This document shows, one piece after another, positions 1 through 10,285 of a stretch of 64,000 nt of DNA. Source of the stretch: Candidatus Altimarinota bacterium. GTDB lineage: Bacteria > Patescibacteriota > Gracilibacteria > UBA4473. How positions within the stretch are numbered: position 1 is the stretch's first letter; each line of letters opens with the position of its first letter. The notes beneath the pieces were generated by a model, which was not told the origin of the DNA, searched no databases, and worked only from the letters and a program-made list of their open reading frames with translations. The DNA is taken from positions 32,001-96,000 of the forward strand of contig OZ246423.1 in the NCBI GenBank assembly GCA_965231215.1, in the 5' to 3' direction. The position numbers were made by a program, and so were the translations under genes.

Positions 1-944
1 AGTTGCGGATCAATGGAACCTAAAAAGTTTTTGGTATGTAAATATTTTTTATAAAGCTCCGAACCATTCACAAAAAACAATGCATTCTTAGGCACAAAAT
101 ACGCTAGATCCGGAATAGTTTTATTGGCTGATTTTAATACCGTATGATTTTCGTCATAGGCTTTTTCATGTATCAAGAATTTACTTTCCCACTGTAGCGC
201 CTCCCCTTCTAGCGCCAGGGTTCCTGCTAATTGAGGAATGGTTTCTCCTAACGCCTTAAACAGTGGTTTATAAACCTGCCAAGCATCAGAAGTGCCTATT
301 GGATCATCCCAGTCTTGCAAATTAGCGTATACAAACCCAAAAGTTTTTGTGGGTAAATCTTTGCGTAAATCTCTATACGGCTCAAAGTGTTTAAGCCTAT
401 TTTCTTGAGTCAGACTAGTCAGCAGCGTTTTTGGTGAATCAGCCCACAACAACCACCCTTTGTAAAACAAAAACGCTCTTTGAGAAGAAAACGCCGGTGT
501 ATAGATTTCACCTAAATCTGAATTTTGCACCTTCAGATCTTCTCCTTCCAGCGTGAAGGTTTCTAAAAAAGTTTTAGCCTTGGATTTACTTCGATATTTA
601 GCCGCAATAATGTACCGATTTTCCGGTAACATGATTAACGCCCCTTTTTTCCCAATCCAGGGTTTCAAATCTTTTAACGCAATAGACGCTCCCCCAAACA
701 TATTATTAGACAGGGACTCAATATGAGTTTGTCCCAATCGAGATTCTAAAAAATTCGCATTAGATCGACTTATATTAAGTTCTATATAAGCCAAAGCCTC
801 TTGCCCTATTAATCCTGGTAGTTGCGAATTGGTCGTACTCCACCACTGCCACATCGCCCCCAAAGCTCCAATTACAAATAACCCAAAACCCGCTAAAAAT
901 AAACGGTCATTTGGTATAGTTTCGTGGGTTTGGCGCGCCTTCAT
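1..944 (-). CDS. Membrane-anchored hypothetical protein (DUF3352-like), 3' end runs off the window
   Basis: Manual translation from ATG 944 gives MKARQTHETIPNDRLFLAGFGLFVIGALGAMWQWW...LAYIEL...DLKPWIGKKGALIMLP, with an N-terminal TM segment and a PW-x-G motif. Not in the ORF track, presumably because the stop lies beyond the window. Confidence 0.6.
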   Translation of the reverse strand, partial: MKARQTHETIPNDRLFLAGFGLFVIGALGAMWQWWSTTNSQLPGLIGQEALAYIELNISRSNANFLESRLGQTHIESLSNNMFGGASIALKDLKPWIGKKGALIMLPENRYIIAAKYRSKSKAKTFLETFTLEGEDLKVQNSDLGEIYTPAFSSQRAFLFYKGWLLWADSPKTLLTSLTQENRLKHFEPYRDLRKDLPTKTFGFVYANLQDWDDPIGTSDAWQVYKPLFKALGETIPQLAGTLALEGEALQWESKFLIHEKAYDENHTVLKSANKTIPDLAYFVPKNALFFVNGSELYKKYLHTKNFLGSIDPQ

Positions 945-1044
945 AAGTGCGGCGATCTTGGCAAAAATTAATGCAAAATGCAACTCAAATTTATATTTCT
1001 TAGGCATTTGGGTCTCCTTAAAATATTGTCCTAAAATCCCCTTT

Positions 1045-1207
1045 TGAAATAATTTTCTAAAAGTAGAGATGAGCTATACGTTAAAAAGGCCATATATCAT
1101 CGAGCGCAGCGAGTTTGGCTTTTTTAGAATGTGAATCGGGTGCTTTTAAAATTCTTTCAGTAGGAGGCCCTTTTTTGATTCGTTTTTTGGGCAAACAAAA
1201 AATGAAT
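1045..1207. repeat. Dispersed structured repeat family A, copy 1
   Basis: cgttaaaaa...gagcgcagcgagtttgg...tttag...ttttttgattcgttttttg...caaaaaatgaa. The same motifs occur at ~61320 and ~62230, and partly at ~33300. Confidence 0.6.
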
Positions 1208-1227
1208 AAACCTAAGAGGCCTACAAC

Positions 1228-1258
1228 AAAAAAGGCCAATCTGCACGATTGGCCTTTT
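1228..1258 (-). terminator. Rho-independent terminator
   Basis: aaaaggccaatc-tgcac-gattggcctttt hairpin with a T-tract on the minus strand, just after the stop of the pilin remnant. Confidence 0.7.
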
Positions 1259-1280
1259 AATAGATTTTATTAATTGAAAC

Positions 1281-1400
1281 TTATGCTCCAGATTCTCCAC
1301 TTCCACTGCTAGTAGCACCACTTAAACTATCAACAATACTTTGGAACACGGCTTGAATTTGCTCTCCCATAAGAGTCATAACCGCTACTACAAAGAGTTG
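1281..1400 (-). pseudogene. Flp/Fap-type pilin C-terminal remnant (5' half missing)
   Basis: Minus frame reads QLFVVAVMTLMGEQIQAVFQSIVDSLSGATSSGSGESGA*, typical of the second half of Flp pilins. There is an in-frame TAA just upstream and no in-frame G|xxxxEY prepilin motif. Confidence 0.5.
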
Positions 1401-1555
1401 AATTTTTTAAGCACTTCATAAATAACTTTGACCTTACTCCTGGAAGAGAACCCAATAAACTAATACTCAAAAGCACTTTCCATATTATGGTAATAGCTGA
1501 GGTAAAAGTTGGGCCATCAAAAAAACTAGAACTTTTAAGTTTTTATCCACTCTAA
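1382..1555 (+). pseudogene. C-terminal fragment of a small hypothetical protein
   Basis: Frame without a plausible 5' start: PLLQRVEFFKHFINNFDLTPGREPNKLILKSTFHIMVIAEVKVGPSKKLELLSFYPL*. Confidence 0.35.
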
Positions 1556-1689
1556 AAAAAAGAAATCCCCCCTGTATAGAGTTTTTCATCTACATTGAAC
1601 GGGAGGTTTCTATGGGTTCTAACAAGAACAAGATCATACTATAGAATCTAAGCCCAAAAGTCAATTTCTGGGCTTCAGATTAACTTCAT

Positions 1690-3990
1690 TTATTCAAACC
1701 TATTCTGTTTTTGTTCTCGCATCCAAAGCAGTCGATACAGGTTTTCTGAAACTCCAGCACGTAAGTGCTCTGCCCCTGGTGAGAAACTTGAGCCAGTTTC
1801 CTCAAGTAATCCTTTTTCTTTAGCGAGTTTCACGTACGGAGCAAACCAATGGGCTTTATCCACATCACTGTAAGGGTTTTGATCCACTTGGCTGGTATCA
1901 TAACCATATGATTCAAGAAGCATCTTTAAACTCTCAACTTTAGAAACTGACTTAGCTGGGCCAAATGTTCCATCTGGATATCCCTTTACCCAACCTTGAG
2001 CCTTGGCATAACATACAAACGGGGCAAACCACTCTGTACCCACATCAGGAAAGCAGTTAGAATACTGCGAACTATCTGGATTTAAGCCTTTCCCGGCTAC
2101 TAGTATTTTGAGCATTTCAGCTCTATTAACTGTTTTAGTTGGTTTAAAACTCCCATCTTCATATCCTTGGATAATTTTTTTTGTTTTGAGGTATTCTACG
2201 GCTTTATGGTTTTTATGAGATGTGTCTAAATCAGAAAAGATTTTTACTTTATTGGTTCGGCCATCCTGTAAGGCTCTATATCTTTCTTCTTTTTCTTTTT
2301 GAGCTTCTTGTGCGGCTTCTTTAGCATCTGGGTCACCTATGATCGTATTCTCTACACTAGACACTGGCTTAGGTGATTTAATCGAAGTATTACCTCTAAA
2401 GTTTGGTCGTTTATTTATTAAAACCGCACTATCGGGAACCGGTTTTTCAGGGGTACTGTAAAGTATTTCACCTCCCTTATTATGATAAACTTGATACTGG
2501 TGCTCATTTATAAATGCTTTATCAGTAGATTCAATCACTTCACCATTAACGATACCTTTATCGGCACTGCTTTTTATATGAAACACCTTCCAAATATCAT
2601 CTACGTTTGGGTCTCTGAAAGAATTTTGGAAGTTTGCCGTAACCTCTACTGTAACATCCTGTCCAGGTTTAACATCAATATGACTTGGGAACTTTAAACG
2701 ATACGTATGCCCAAATAGTCCGTCTGCACTTTTTGATGAACGAAGATATTTGGTTCCACTTTTGTAAAGTCCGGTAACACTTACATACTCTAGTGGAGCT
2801 GGAGTGTCTACCGCCAACCAAATTTCTTCAACCTTAACTGGTGCAGTTACAGCACTTAAGTTAATTTCCATAACCTGTGTAAAGTCAGCACCTTTAGCAA
2901 TTTTCTGTGGAATTTTTATAGCAGTAGATTCAACCTCTAGCACGTTCCCTCCACCTAAATGTGAAGACGCTCCACTAGCACCAGGTTCAAATTGGTATGC
3001 CTTAAGATAAAATCCGTTATCCGCTACAGTGTTCACACCAAAAGATGTACCAATTTCTGATCCAATAATGTCGTTAGAACTTTCCACTCTAAAGTTAATA
3101 GTTTTTCCATCTGTAGCAGGGGCTGTATCCCCTTTTAAAGAAAAAGTAATACTTTTACCATCTTCAATAATATAACCACCAGTTATACCATTATCTACAA
3201 CAAATGTAACTGTATCACCACTAACAATAGTATTGGCAGAAACCTGAAATCCTCCTGCATGAAGGGCTAGGTTTTTAAGATCTGTACCAAGTTTAGCCGT
3301 ACCCATACTTTTAAATTTTATAGATCTAAGTTCTACGTCTTTATTCGTACTAGATGCATTAGATAGACTAAACTGTCCAATCTCTACACCCTCTTGGCCT
3401 ACCCCTACATTAGTGTCTGCTCCAAGCGTTGCGAATCGAAGTTTAGTTGTTTGGTAATCTGCAATTTCCATTTCTTCTCCCTCAATAGGAAAATTACCAT
3501 TAACAGAAGCTGAAGTTCCAATATCGCTATTAGAAGCCAAAACAAACCGATTATGACTTCCAATGTTCTTATTCCCAGAAAGTTGAGCTACTAAATCTGC
3601 TAAAACAGTTTGTCCAGACGGAATGACAATAGGCGGATTAAAAGAGAGCTTTACCTCTTCTTGAGCATTATTTATTGAGCTACTTATTCCAGCCTTAAAT
3701 CCATTAACTTCAAGCCAGGCACTACTGAAGTCAGTTTTCTCACCTAAGCCTAATCTGGTAAATATCAAAGATGAAATTTTCACATCTGATCCGTTTCCCG
3801 CAGTTAGCTCAATAGTAGTAAAAGGTATGGCCGGAGAATCATAAGGAATATTAGTACCACGTGGAGTATCATTAGAAAGTGAGACATCTAAACTTGCAGC
3901 TGATACAATACTGGCACTTAGACCAACAAAGAGCATAAGTGCTAATGTAAATATTTTGTACCGGAAGTGGGTTTTTGTTTTTGATTTCAT
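1690..3990 (-). CDS. S-layer homology (SLH) domain surface protein
   Basis: Signal peptide, beta-rich Ig-like repeats and three C-terminal SLH motifs (FSDL...GYEDGSFKP...NRAE; FPDV...GYPDGTFGP; YSDVDKAHWFAPYV). Confidence 0.85.
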   Translation of the reverse strand: MKSKTKTHFRYKIFTLALMLFVGLSASIVSAASLDVSLSNDTPRGTNIPYDSPAIPFTTIELTAGNGSDVKISSLIFTRLGLGEKTDFSSAWLEVNGFKAGISSSINNAQEEVKLSFNPPIVIPSGQTVLADLVAQLSGNKNIGSHNRFVLASNSDIGTSASVNGNFPIEGEEMEIADYQTTKLRFATLGADTNVGVGQEGVEIGQFSLSNASSTNKDVELRSIKFKSMGTAKLGTDLKNLALHAGGFQVSANTIVSGDTVTFVVDNGITGGYIIEDGKSITFSLKGDTAPATDGKTINFRVESSNDIIGSEIGTSFGVNTVADNGFYLKAYQFEPGASGASSHLGGGNVLEVESTAIKIPQKIAKGADFTQVMEINLSAVTAPVKVEEIWLAVDTPAPLEYVSVTGLYKSGTKYLRSSKSADGLFGHTYRLKFPSHIDVKPGQDVTVEVTANFQNSFRDPNVDDIWKVFHIKSSADKGIVNGEVIESTDKAFINEHQYQVYHNKGGEILYSTPEKPVPDSAVLINKRPNFRGNTSIKSPKPVSSVENTIIGDPDAKEAAQEAQKEKEERYRALQDGRTNKVKIFSDLDTSHKNHKAVEYLKTKKIIQGYEDGSFKPTKTVNRAEMLKILVAGKGLNPDSSQYSNCFPDVGTEWFAPFVCYAKAQGWVKGYPDGTFGPAKSVSKVESLKMLLESYGYDTSQVDQNPYSDVDKAHWFAPYVKLAKEKGLLEETGSSFSPGAEHLRAGVSENLYRLLWMREQKQNRFE

Positions 3991-4052
3991 AGGAAATTAT
4001 GAGGGTTAAGAAAAATAATTATTGAAATGATAAAATTTAGAATAAATTTGAA

Positions 4053-4889
4053 TTATTGAGAAAGCGCTTTTCCCTTGGCCTCTTTCTCTGGAGTCCAAGG
4101 ATCAAGTTCAACACCCTCCTTTTCTCGAAGGAAATCTATAACCTTTTGTCTCCAATCAGTTCCATATTGTTCTACTGCAACTTCAGGCCAATATCTATTA
4201 TTTTCAATTTTCCAAATAAGCATGGGTTGCTCATCCACTTTTCCATTTACTAAGTTGACTGGCCCACCTCTATAATCAGCACCATTTTGCAATAAAATGT
4301 AAGCTTCATCCCAACTTGCCATATCAATGGGAGTATCACCTCGATTGTTCCTTTGCTCTTTATCTGCCCCGTGATCTAACAGGATTTGCAAGTTCTCAGT
4401 ACGATTCGAATTTAGCGCTTGGTATACCGGTGTCGGCCAAGAGGAATCATTATTAACTTCAAGTTCTAAATCTATGTTTGATTTATTTTCTAATATCATC
4501 TTTAAGTAACCTGAATCTATATACCTAGAGGCAAGATGTATTATAGCCCATCCATATTTACTATCATGCTGTGACACACTAGCCCCATTCTCAAGTAAAT
4601 ATTTAAAACTTTTTTTCTTTTCAGGCGTCTCTTTATTGGCTACAAAAAGCCAAAATAAAGGAGTCAAACCATCCTCACCTACAGTATTAACATCAACTCC
4701 AGAAGTTAGTAATTGTTCCATCTTTTCAGTATCTCCATTCGAAGCAGCATTACATAACTCTATTACTTTGGGGTCTTTAAAATATCTTTGAGCTTCTTGG
4801 TATTTAAAAACTGATTTATTACCACCACAAGCAGCTAAAACAAAACAAAAACTGAAAACAAAAATTACTTTAGTAAAACTTTTAAACAT
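4053..4889 (-). CDS. Ankyrin-repeat lipoprotein, putative immunity protein of the upstream lipase
   Basis: Lipobox LAAC and ankyrin repeats (GLTPLFW, GWAIIHLA, TPVYQA, GDTPID). Starts 4 nt after the stop of the lipase gene. Confidence 0.8.
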   Translation of the reverse strand: MFKSFTKVIFVFSFCFVLAACGGNKSVFKYQEAQRYFKDPKVIELCNAASNGDTEKMEQLLTSGVDVNTVGEDGLTPLFWLFVANKETPEKKKSFKYLLENGASVSQHDSKYGWAIIHLASRYIDSGYLKMILENKSNIDLELEVNNDSSWPTPVYQALNSNRTENLQILLDHGADKEQRNNRGDTPIDMASWDEAYILLQNGADYRGGPVNLVNGKVDEQPMLIWKIENNRYWPEVAVEQYGTDWRQKVIDFLREKEGVELDPWTPEKEAKGKALSQ

Positions 4890-4893
4890 ACTT

Positions 4894-7800
4894 TTAGTAG
4901 GTTATATGGTCAATGGTTCCTTTTAGTGCACTCAGTTTATCAGGAAGAAAGGCATAAGACCAATCTCCTCCATCGTAAACTTGCCTACCCAAAGCATCTG
5001 GAGCTAAGTCAAATTTAAGCTGAAAACGAGTTAAGATATCACCTCGAGTAATATAGTTAGTTATGTTACTAAAATCATTTGTAGTTAACTGTGCATTGGC
5101 AAGTGTATTCGCATGAACTCCAGCCGCATTAAACGTATAAGTCGGAGCCCCTGTTATAGCTCCAGCGGTAGCTGCTAATCCACCCCCTAGAGAGTGCCCC
5201 GTAATAATTAACTCTTGATTACCTATATTGTTGTTTATAGAATCCAATATATTTACAAGGCCTTCATACTGTCCTGTCTTAAAACCAAATCCTTGCCCCA
5301 TATTAGTAACCCAATCTTCAATATTTAACCCTGATCCAGAAAAAGCTAAAACTGTCTTTTGGCCATCAGAGTAAATACCAGCTTTTAACCCTGTCTGAGG
5401 ATCAACTAAATTAAACTCTTTTAATCCATAAAGACTAGCTTCCTGACGCTCAAATCCTTCTACCAAAAGTTGTTCTGGATTGCCAACTGCATGCGCAATT
5501 GCAGATGCCGTTTGTTTAGAAATATTATTACCAGATACTTCCGAAACAGGTATGGCTTCTGCTATTTGAACTAATTTTAGTTCTGCAGAATCAACAAAGT
5601 CAGTAAGATTAGAAATCGATTGTCCTAAATCATTCAAACTAGCCAACCAAAGAGACTCTTCTGATCTATTATCTAAAAGCTCTTTAGCTAAGTTTTTTAG
5701 TTCGGTAATTTCTCCTTCATCAGAAAAGTCACTAATTGTATAACTTCCTTCAATAATGCTTTTCATGGTGTCACCATACTTCAAACTATTTTCCATCATC
5801 CAAATTTCATTTCTTGCACCAAATTCCTGCATTTGCTTCACACTTAAAATTCCTCCGCCTACTCCAATATCAGCCACCAAAACACTATATGGAGCACGTC
5901 CAGCTTTCAAGTTAGCAATAATGTCTGATTTTATTTGTTCTTTTTCTGAAAGTTGATCTTGAGCCCAGTGATCAAATTCACTTTGTTCTAATTCTTTTTG
6001 ACTCTTTAATGCACTATTCTCTACAAGATTTTGATTATTCTGCACTAACACATCTTGTGCTTCTCTCCTTTCTCGCTCCGCCACCATCGCCTCTTCCAAA
6101 GTCTCCACATGCACGACTTGGGCCCGATGTTCATTGAGTTCCTGGATCAGTTCAGCTTCACGTTGTTCACTTCGCTGAGCTACAAGTTCTTTGGCTTTGG
6201 CAAAGTAGGTTGGGATAGCCGAGGCTATCTGTGCATATTCATCACTTAACCTTTTGTCTATAGCAGCAATACTAGCGGCATGCTTTTGGTTAAAGGCTAA
6301 TAAGTCCGCTTGGTATTGCACCACCTCTTGTTGACCATTAGTGATGTAACGCTCTAGTGCAGCTATTTTAGCTTCAGCATTTTTAATCTGAGTAGCTAAG
6401 AAACCTGGACGATCAGCATACAGTTCTTGGAGTTTTGGAATACCTTTACGTATTTTGGCAATTTCTCTTTGTTTAGCGGCGATAGTCCCATCTTGGTCTT
6501 CCAAGAAATTTCTGACTGTAGCCGTCATAACCGGTTCTTTGATGCCACTATCTGTAAAAAGATTACGTCTATCATTTTCTTTTTGCTGAGCGAGGAGTCT
6601 TTGTGCCTCTGCGGCAAAGGCGCTCTCGTTTCCGTAAGCACTTCGGTACGCCTCTTCTATAACGCGTCTTTGGTTGCGAGTAAGGCTGACTTGTAGTTCA
6701 GTTGAACCACTAGATGGTATGTAAGCGATTTGCTGTAGCTCAGAAAAATTTATGACCTGAATAGTTTCTTGGTTGGCTTGGGCTTTGATAGCTTCAGGCG
6801 TACCGTTAGTTACAAATTCATTCCGAGTCTGTGTCGCTTCTTTTTGTGCATTAGCCACCAAGGTTTCGGCCTCTTGCAGTACTTTTAGTTTTTGGTCGGC
6901 ATTTTCATAAGCCGCTTTAATTTTTTCATAACGAGCAATTTGTTCAGCAGTAAAGTTATCTTCTAAACTTTGCCCAAATTGTGCTTCCCATTCTGCTTCA
7001 CGAGCTGCAAAAAGGGTGGCTTCTTTTTCATTAATTTTGCGAATATACTCAGCTTTTGATTCACTATTATATAAAGTTCTAGAAAGCTTATACCATTCGT
7101 GGAGCTCAGCATCGTTTCGGTTTGGAACCGCTATTCGACGTTTGTAGGGATTTGTAGTTGGATACCATGATGATGCTTTGACATAAGCTGGAGGCAGTTC
7201 TCCCCTCATAACAGCATTATAGTTCGAAATTATTTGGCTTTGATAAGGATCTCGAGTCGGTAATTCCATAACACTATTCATCTCATCGATAGCTTTTTGT
7301 CTTATAGCTTCAAAGCCTATTTGTTCGTTTGTCTGCCCGTAAAGTTTGTAAAATTCTTTAGCTTTAGTTTGAGCCTCAACAAATTTATAAACCGGATCGC
7401 AACAGTATTGATCTCGATAATAAATAAGCCCAATATCAGCACCAACATCACTTTGAGTTACCTGAGACTCTGGGTCTGAGACAAAAAACTGGTGATAGTG
7501 CGCTAATTTTTCTAATCCTTTAGCTATATTATTTTCAAGTGATTGAATATTTGATTTGAGTTGTTCCTCTTCTCCCCATGTGCGATTACTCGACTGGTTT
7601 TGTATTTGTAAGTTTGCAAGTTCTGATTTCCAATTATGGAGCTGAGCAAAGGTGAATCTAGCATTTCGAGCATAAGGATGGTCACTATATTTTTCTATAA
7701 TCTTTAGAAAGTCTTTAATCTGGTGAATAGAAGATGTATATCGCTGTTTATAACTTTGCTTACGCTCATATAAATAGCTTTCGTTTTTGAGATCATCAAT

Positions 7801-9906
7801 CTGTTTTTTTAAATCGTTCAACGGGGCTCTTAACCGGGCCCGAGAAGCTTCAGCACTAAAATATCTATAAATGGAAAGCGTAGTACTACTTCTATTAACG
7901 GCTAAAGGACGGCCCCGCCTATCAGTAAAATGTCTATTCCAGTAACTCCAAAAAGCATTCCAATCTCCAGTTTTGGCTGCTTTAACAATAGGATCCGGAG
8001 ATGTCCCTACTCTAATAGTTGGGATAGATCTATAAGCTGTACTAGAAGTTATAACACTCAATTTTTTCTCATATTCATTTGTTAAAGTTTTAATAGTGTT
8101 TTCTCGCTGAATATGATCTGAATCAAGCGATAATTTAGTGAGGTTACTCTGGTATAGATGTTTTGCATTTTGTTCTTCTAAAAACTCAATCTGAGAATTT
8201 AGTTCACTTATCTGATCCGCATATTTTTTATCATAATTTTTTTGAATTTTTTGATTATCTAAATAACGAGTATCAAAAGGATATGGTACCCAACGACCAT
8301 AACGATCGTGCCTATACTTTATGTATCTCCCCCTAGAATCTTTCAAAACACCTTGAGCCGCATAAGCCTTATCTCTAAATACTTTAAAGTTAACAATATC
8401 TTTTTTTGCCTCTTTAAGTGTTTCTATTTGAGACTCCAGTTGTTGGATTTTAGCAAAGCCTTCTATTATTTTTGATTCAGCTAGATTTGCATCTGTATTT
8501 TTAGATTCTTGATTAATGAATGATTCCAACTCAGAGGCCGAAATCCTTGAAATAAGTTTTTCCAAAATCGCACCAAAATTCTCATTTTTCCGCTCTGATT
8601 GTTCTTTTAAATTTGATTGAACTTTTCCAGAAAGAGTGCCTAAATTTTTGAGCCAGTTGGTATTAGTTTGAACCACTTCATTTAACTTTTCCCATTGATT
8701 ATAAGCCGCATTCCAATAAGAAGAATAGTGGCTAACAACTTCACTTTGGGCTTTCCTATATTCAGTTCTGTATTGAGCAAGCCTTTTACCCGCATCAACA
8801 TAAGGCTGCCTCACTTTCTGATCCAAGCCTGGAAAACTTCCAAGGCGCCACTGTCTTTCCCATTGGTATTTAAGAGCTATTTGCATTCTCCAAATCGCAT
8901 AAGCATACCGCCGGCGTTGCCCTGAACTGGACACATAAGCATTAACTTTACTAAGCTTCAGTCTTTCGTTTTCTAGATAAGTCTGAACCTGAGCTCGAGA
9001 CATACTTCTAGCAGCTGTGAAAAGTTTATCTCTATATTTCCACTCTGACATAAACTCAGTCCTAAAATCAATATGCAGTGAAGGATCCAAAAAGTCATTA
9101 TAGACTTTTGGCCTTCCATCTGATCTTAACAAGTTTCTTGTTTCTAGAATTTCTTGATGCTTTTGATTCTCCAATTTTCTTAAAGGTTGATAATAAGCTC
9201 TTCTAAACTGAGACCAACTCTTATATTGAAGCCCATCCCAAATATTTCGAAAAAACCCTTCCATTTGTTTTTGAGAGTCATCCACTTGGTTTGCAGATCC
9301 ATATTTTTCTTGAATTTCTTTTCTCTTTCTCCAGAGCAAATATAGCCCAGCAATCGTCGCTCCTGCTCCAGGTAACCCTTTTTTCTTCGCCCAGTTTTCC
9401 CATTCGTCATTAGTAGACGGGACACTAGTAGTACCATTGGCAATATCAGTATCATTAAAAGTGGTTTCAAAAAGCGCTTCAACCGCTACCGAGTCCCCAC
9501 TGCGAAGTGAAGAAAGCTCTGCCTTCCGGCGTCTTCTCCAAACAGCATAAGCTCCAGCTAAAGCCGCACCAGTAGTTCCAAGCGTTTTAGCTAAAGCTTC
9601 CCAATCATCAACCAGCCTTCCATCTTTTAATTGTCCATAAGCCCCATCTATATCAAAGTTCTGACTAAAGTAATTTTGTACTATTTTATCTTCACTCAAC
9701 CGTTGAATCTCTGCCTGTTGCAGCGCCTGAAATTGAGCCAGAGTGGCCCCCCCTACCGATACTTCATAAGTAGTTCTTTCTCCAATCGTAGGATCATCAA
9801 AATCCTGCGCCCAAGCCTGGCTGACCGTTAGTGATAGAGGATTGATGGTAAACGCCAAAAAACACCAGATGAGCCAGTAACAATACCGAGATTCTTTTCT
9901 AGACAT
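4894..9906 (-). CDS. Giant (1670 aa) secreted coiled-coil protein with C-terminal alpha/beta-hydrolase lipase/phospholipase domain
   Basis: Sec-like signal peptide and long helical middle. C-terminus has VLAFSGS...DWVTN, GHSLGGGLA, TFNAAG, GDIL and a terminal DH (lipase_3/DUF2974-like triad). Confidence 0.8.
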   Translation of the reverse strand: MSRKESRYCYWLIWCFLAFTINPLSLTVSQAWAQDFDDPTIGERTTYEVSVGGATLAQFQALQQAEIQRLSEDKIVQNYFSQNFDIDGAYGQLKDGRLVDDWEALAKTLGTTGAALAGAYAVWRRRRKAELSSLRSGDSVAVEALFETTFNDTDIANGTTSVPSTNDEWENWAKKKGLPGAGATIAGLYLLWRKRKEIQEKYGSANQVDDSQKQMEGFFRNIWDGLQYKSWSQFRRAYYQPLRKLENQKHQEILETRNLLRSDGRPKVYNDFLDPSLHIDFRTEFMSEWKYRDKLFTAARSMSRAQVQTYLENERLKLSKVNAYVSSSGQRRRYAYAIWRMQIALKYQWERQWRLGSFPGLDQKVRQPYVDAGKRLAQYRTEYRKAQSEVVSHYSSYWNAAYNQWEKLNEVVQTNTNWLKNLGTLSGKVQSNLKEQSERKNENFGAILEKLISRISASELESFINQESKNTDANLAESKIIEGFAKIQQLESQIETLKEAKKDIVNFKVFRDKAYAAQGVLKDSRGRYIKYRHDRYGRWVPYPFDTRYLDNQKIQKNYDKKYADQISELNSQIEFLEEQNAKHLYQSNLTKLSLDSDHIQRENTIKTLTNEYEKKLSVITSSTAYRSIPTIRVGTSPDPIVKAAKTGDWNAFWSYWNRHFTDRRGRPLAVNRSSTTLSIYRYFSAEASRARLRAPLNDLKKQIDDLKNESYLYERKQSYKQRYTSSIHQIKDFLKIIEKYSDHPYARNARFTFAQLHNWKSELANLQIQNQSSNRTWGEEEQLKSNIQSLENNIAKGLEKLAHYHQFFVSDPESQVTQSDVGADIGLIYYRDQYCCDPVYKFVEAQTKAKEFYKLYGQTNEQIGFEAIRQKAIDEMNSVMELPTRDPYQSQIISNYNAVMRGELPPAYVKASSWYPTTNPYKRRIAVPNRNDAELHEWYKLSRTLYNSESKAEYIRKINEKEATLFAAREAEWEAQFGQSLEDNFTAEQIARYEKIKAAYENADQKLKVLQEAETLVANAQKEATQTRNEFVTNGTPEAIKAQANQETIQVINFSELQQIAYIPSSGSTELQVSLTRNQRRVIEEAYRSAYGNESAFAAEAQRLLAQQKENDRRNLFTDSGIKEPVMTATVRNFLEDQDGTIAAKQREIAKIRKGIPKLQELYADRPGFLATQIKNAEAKIAALERYITNGQQEVVQYQADLLAFNQKHAASIAAIDKRLSDEYAQIASAIPTYFAKAKELVAQRSEQREAELIQELNEHRAQVVHVETLEEAMVAERERREAQDVLVQNNQNLVENSALKSQKELEQSEFDHWAQDQLSEKEQIKSDIIANLKAGRAPYSVLVADIGVGGGILSVKQMQEFGARNEIWMMENSLKYGDTMKSIIEGSYTISDFSDEGEITELKNLAKELLDNRSEESLWLASLNDLGQSISNLTDFVDSAELKLVQIAEAIPVSEVSGNNISKQTASAIAHAVGNPEQLLVEGFERQEASLYGLKEFNLVDPQTGLKAGIYSDGQKTVLAFSGSGLNIEDWVTNMGQGFGFKTGQYEGLVNILDSINNNIGNQELIITGHSLGGGLAATAGAITGAPTYTFNAAGVHANTLANAQLTTNDFSNITNYITRGDILTRFQLKFDLAPDALGRQVYDGGDWSYAFLPDKLSALKGTIDHITY

Positions 9907-10156
9907 TATAGAGAGGGTTACAAAAATAGTGGACTGACTGTGGAGTCAGAAATTGGATTTTATTTTTGTTTTTGTGGACTATTGTTATGCATTTTGAATC
10001 ATTTTTGATCCATCTGCAAAACTTTTTTGATTTTGAAACTTTATTTTGATAATAAAGCTACTTTGAAATGTAAAATATTATTTGGATTACGCAAACCTGC
10101 TTTTTCATAAAAAATTAATTTTCAGAAATATTTACAAAAAATAATATAATGAGTTT

Positions 10157-10285
10157 ATGCTCCCAAAGAAACTCCAATCCCTCACACAAAAACACTTAGA
10201 AATTATAAAGAATTTTCAAGCTACCCAAAGCACGCTAGAAGCCGAATTCAAGCACAAAACCAAACCTAACGACACTTCACAATAA
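10157..10285 (+). CDS. Small 42-aa hypothetical protein, possibly leaderless
   Basis: MLPKKLQSLTQKHLEIIKNFQATQSTLEAEFKHKTKPNDTSQ*. TATAAT lies 6 nt before the ATG, and there is a TAATG overlap with the next gene. Confidence 0.5.
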   Translation: MLPKKLQSLTQKHLEIIKNFQATQSTLEAEFKHKTKPNDTSQ

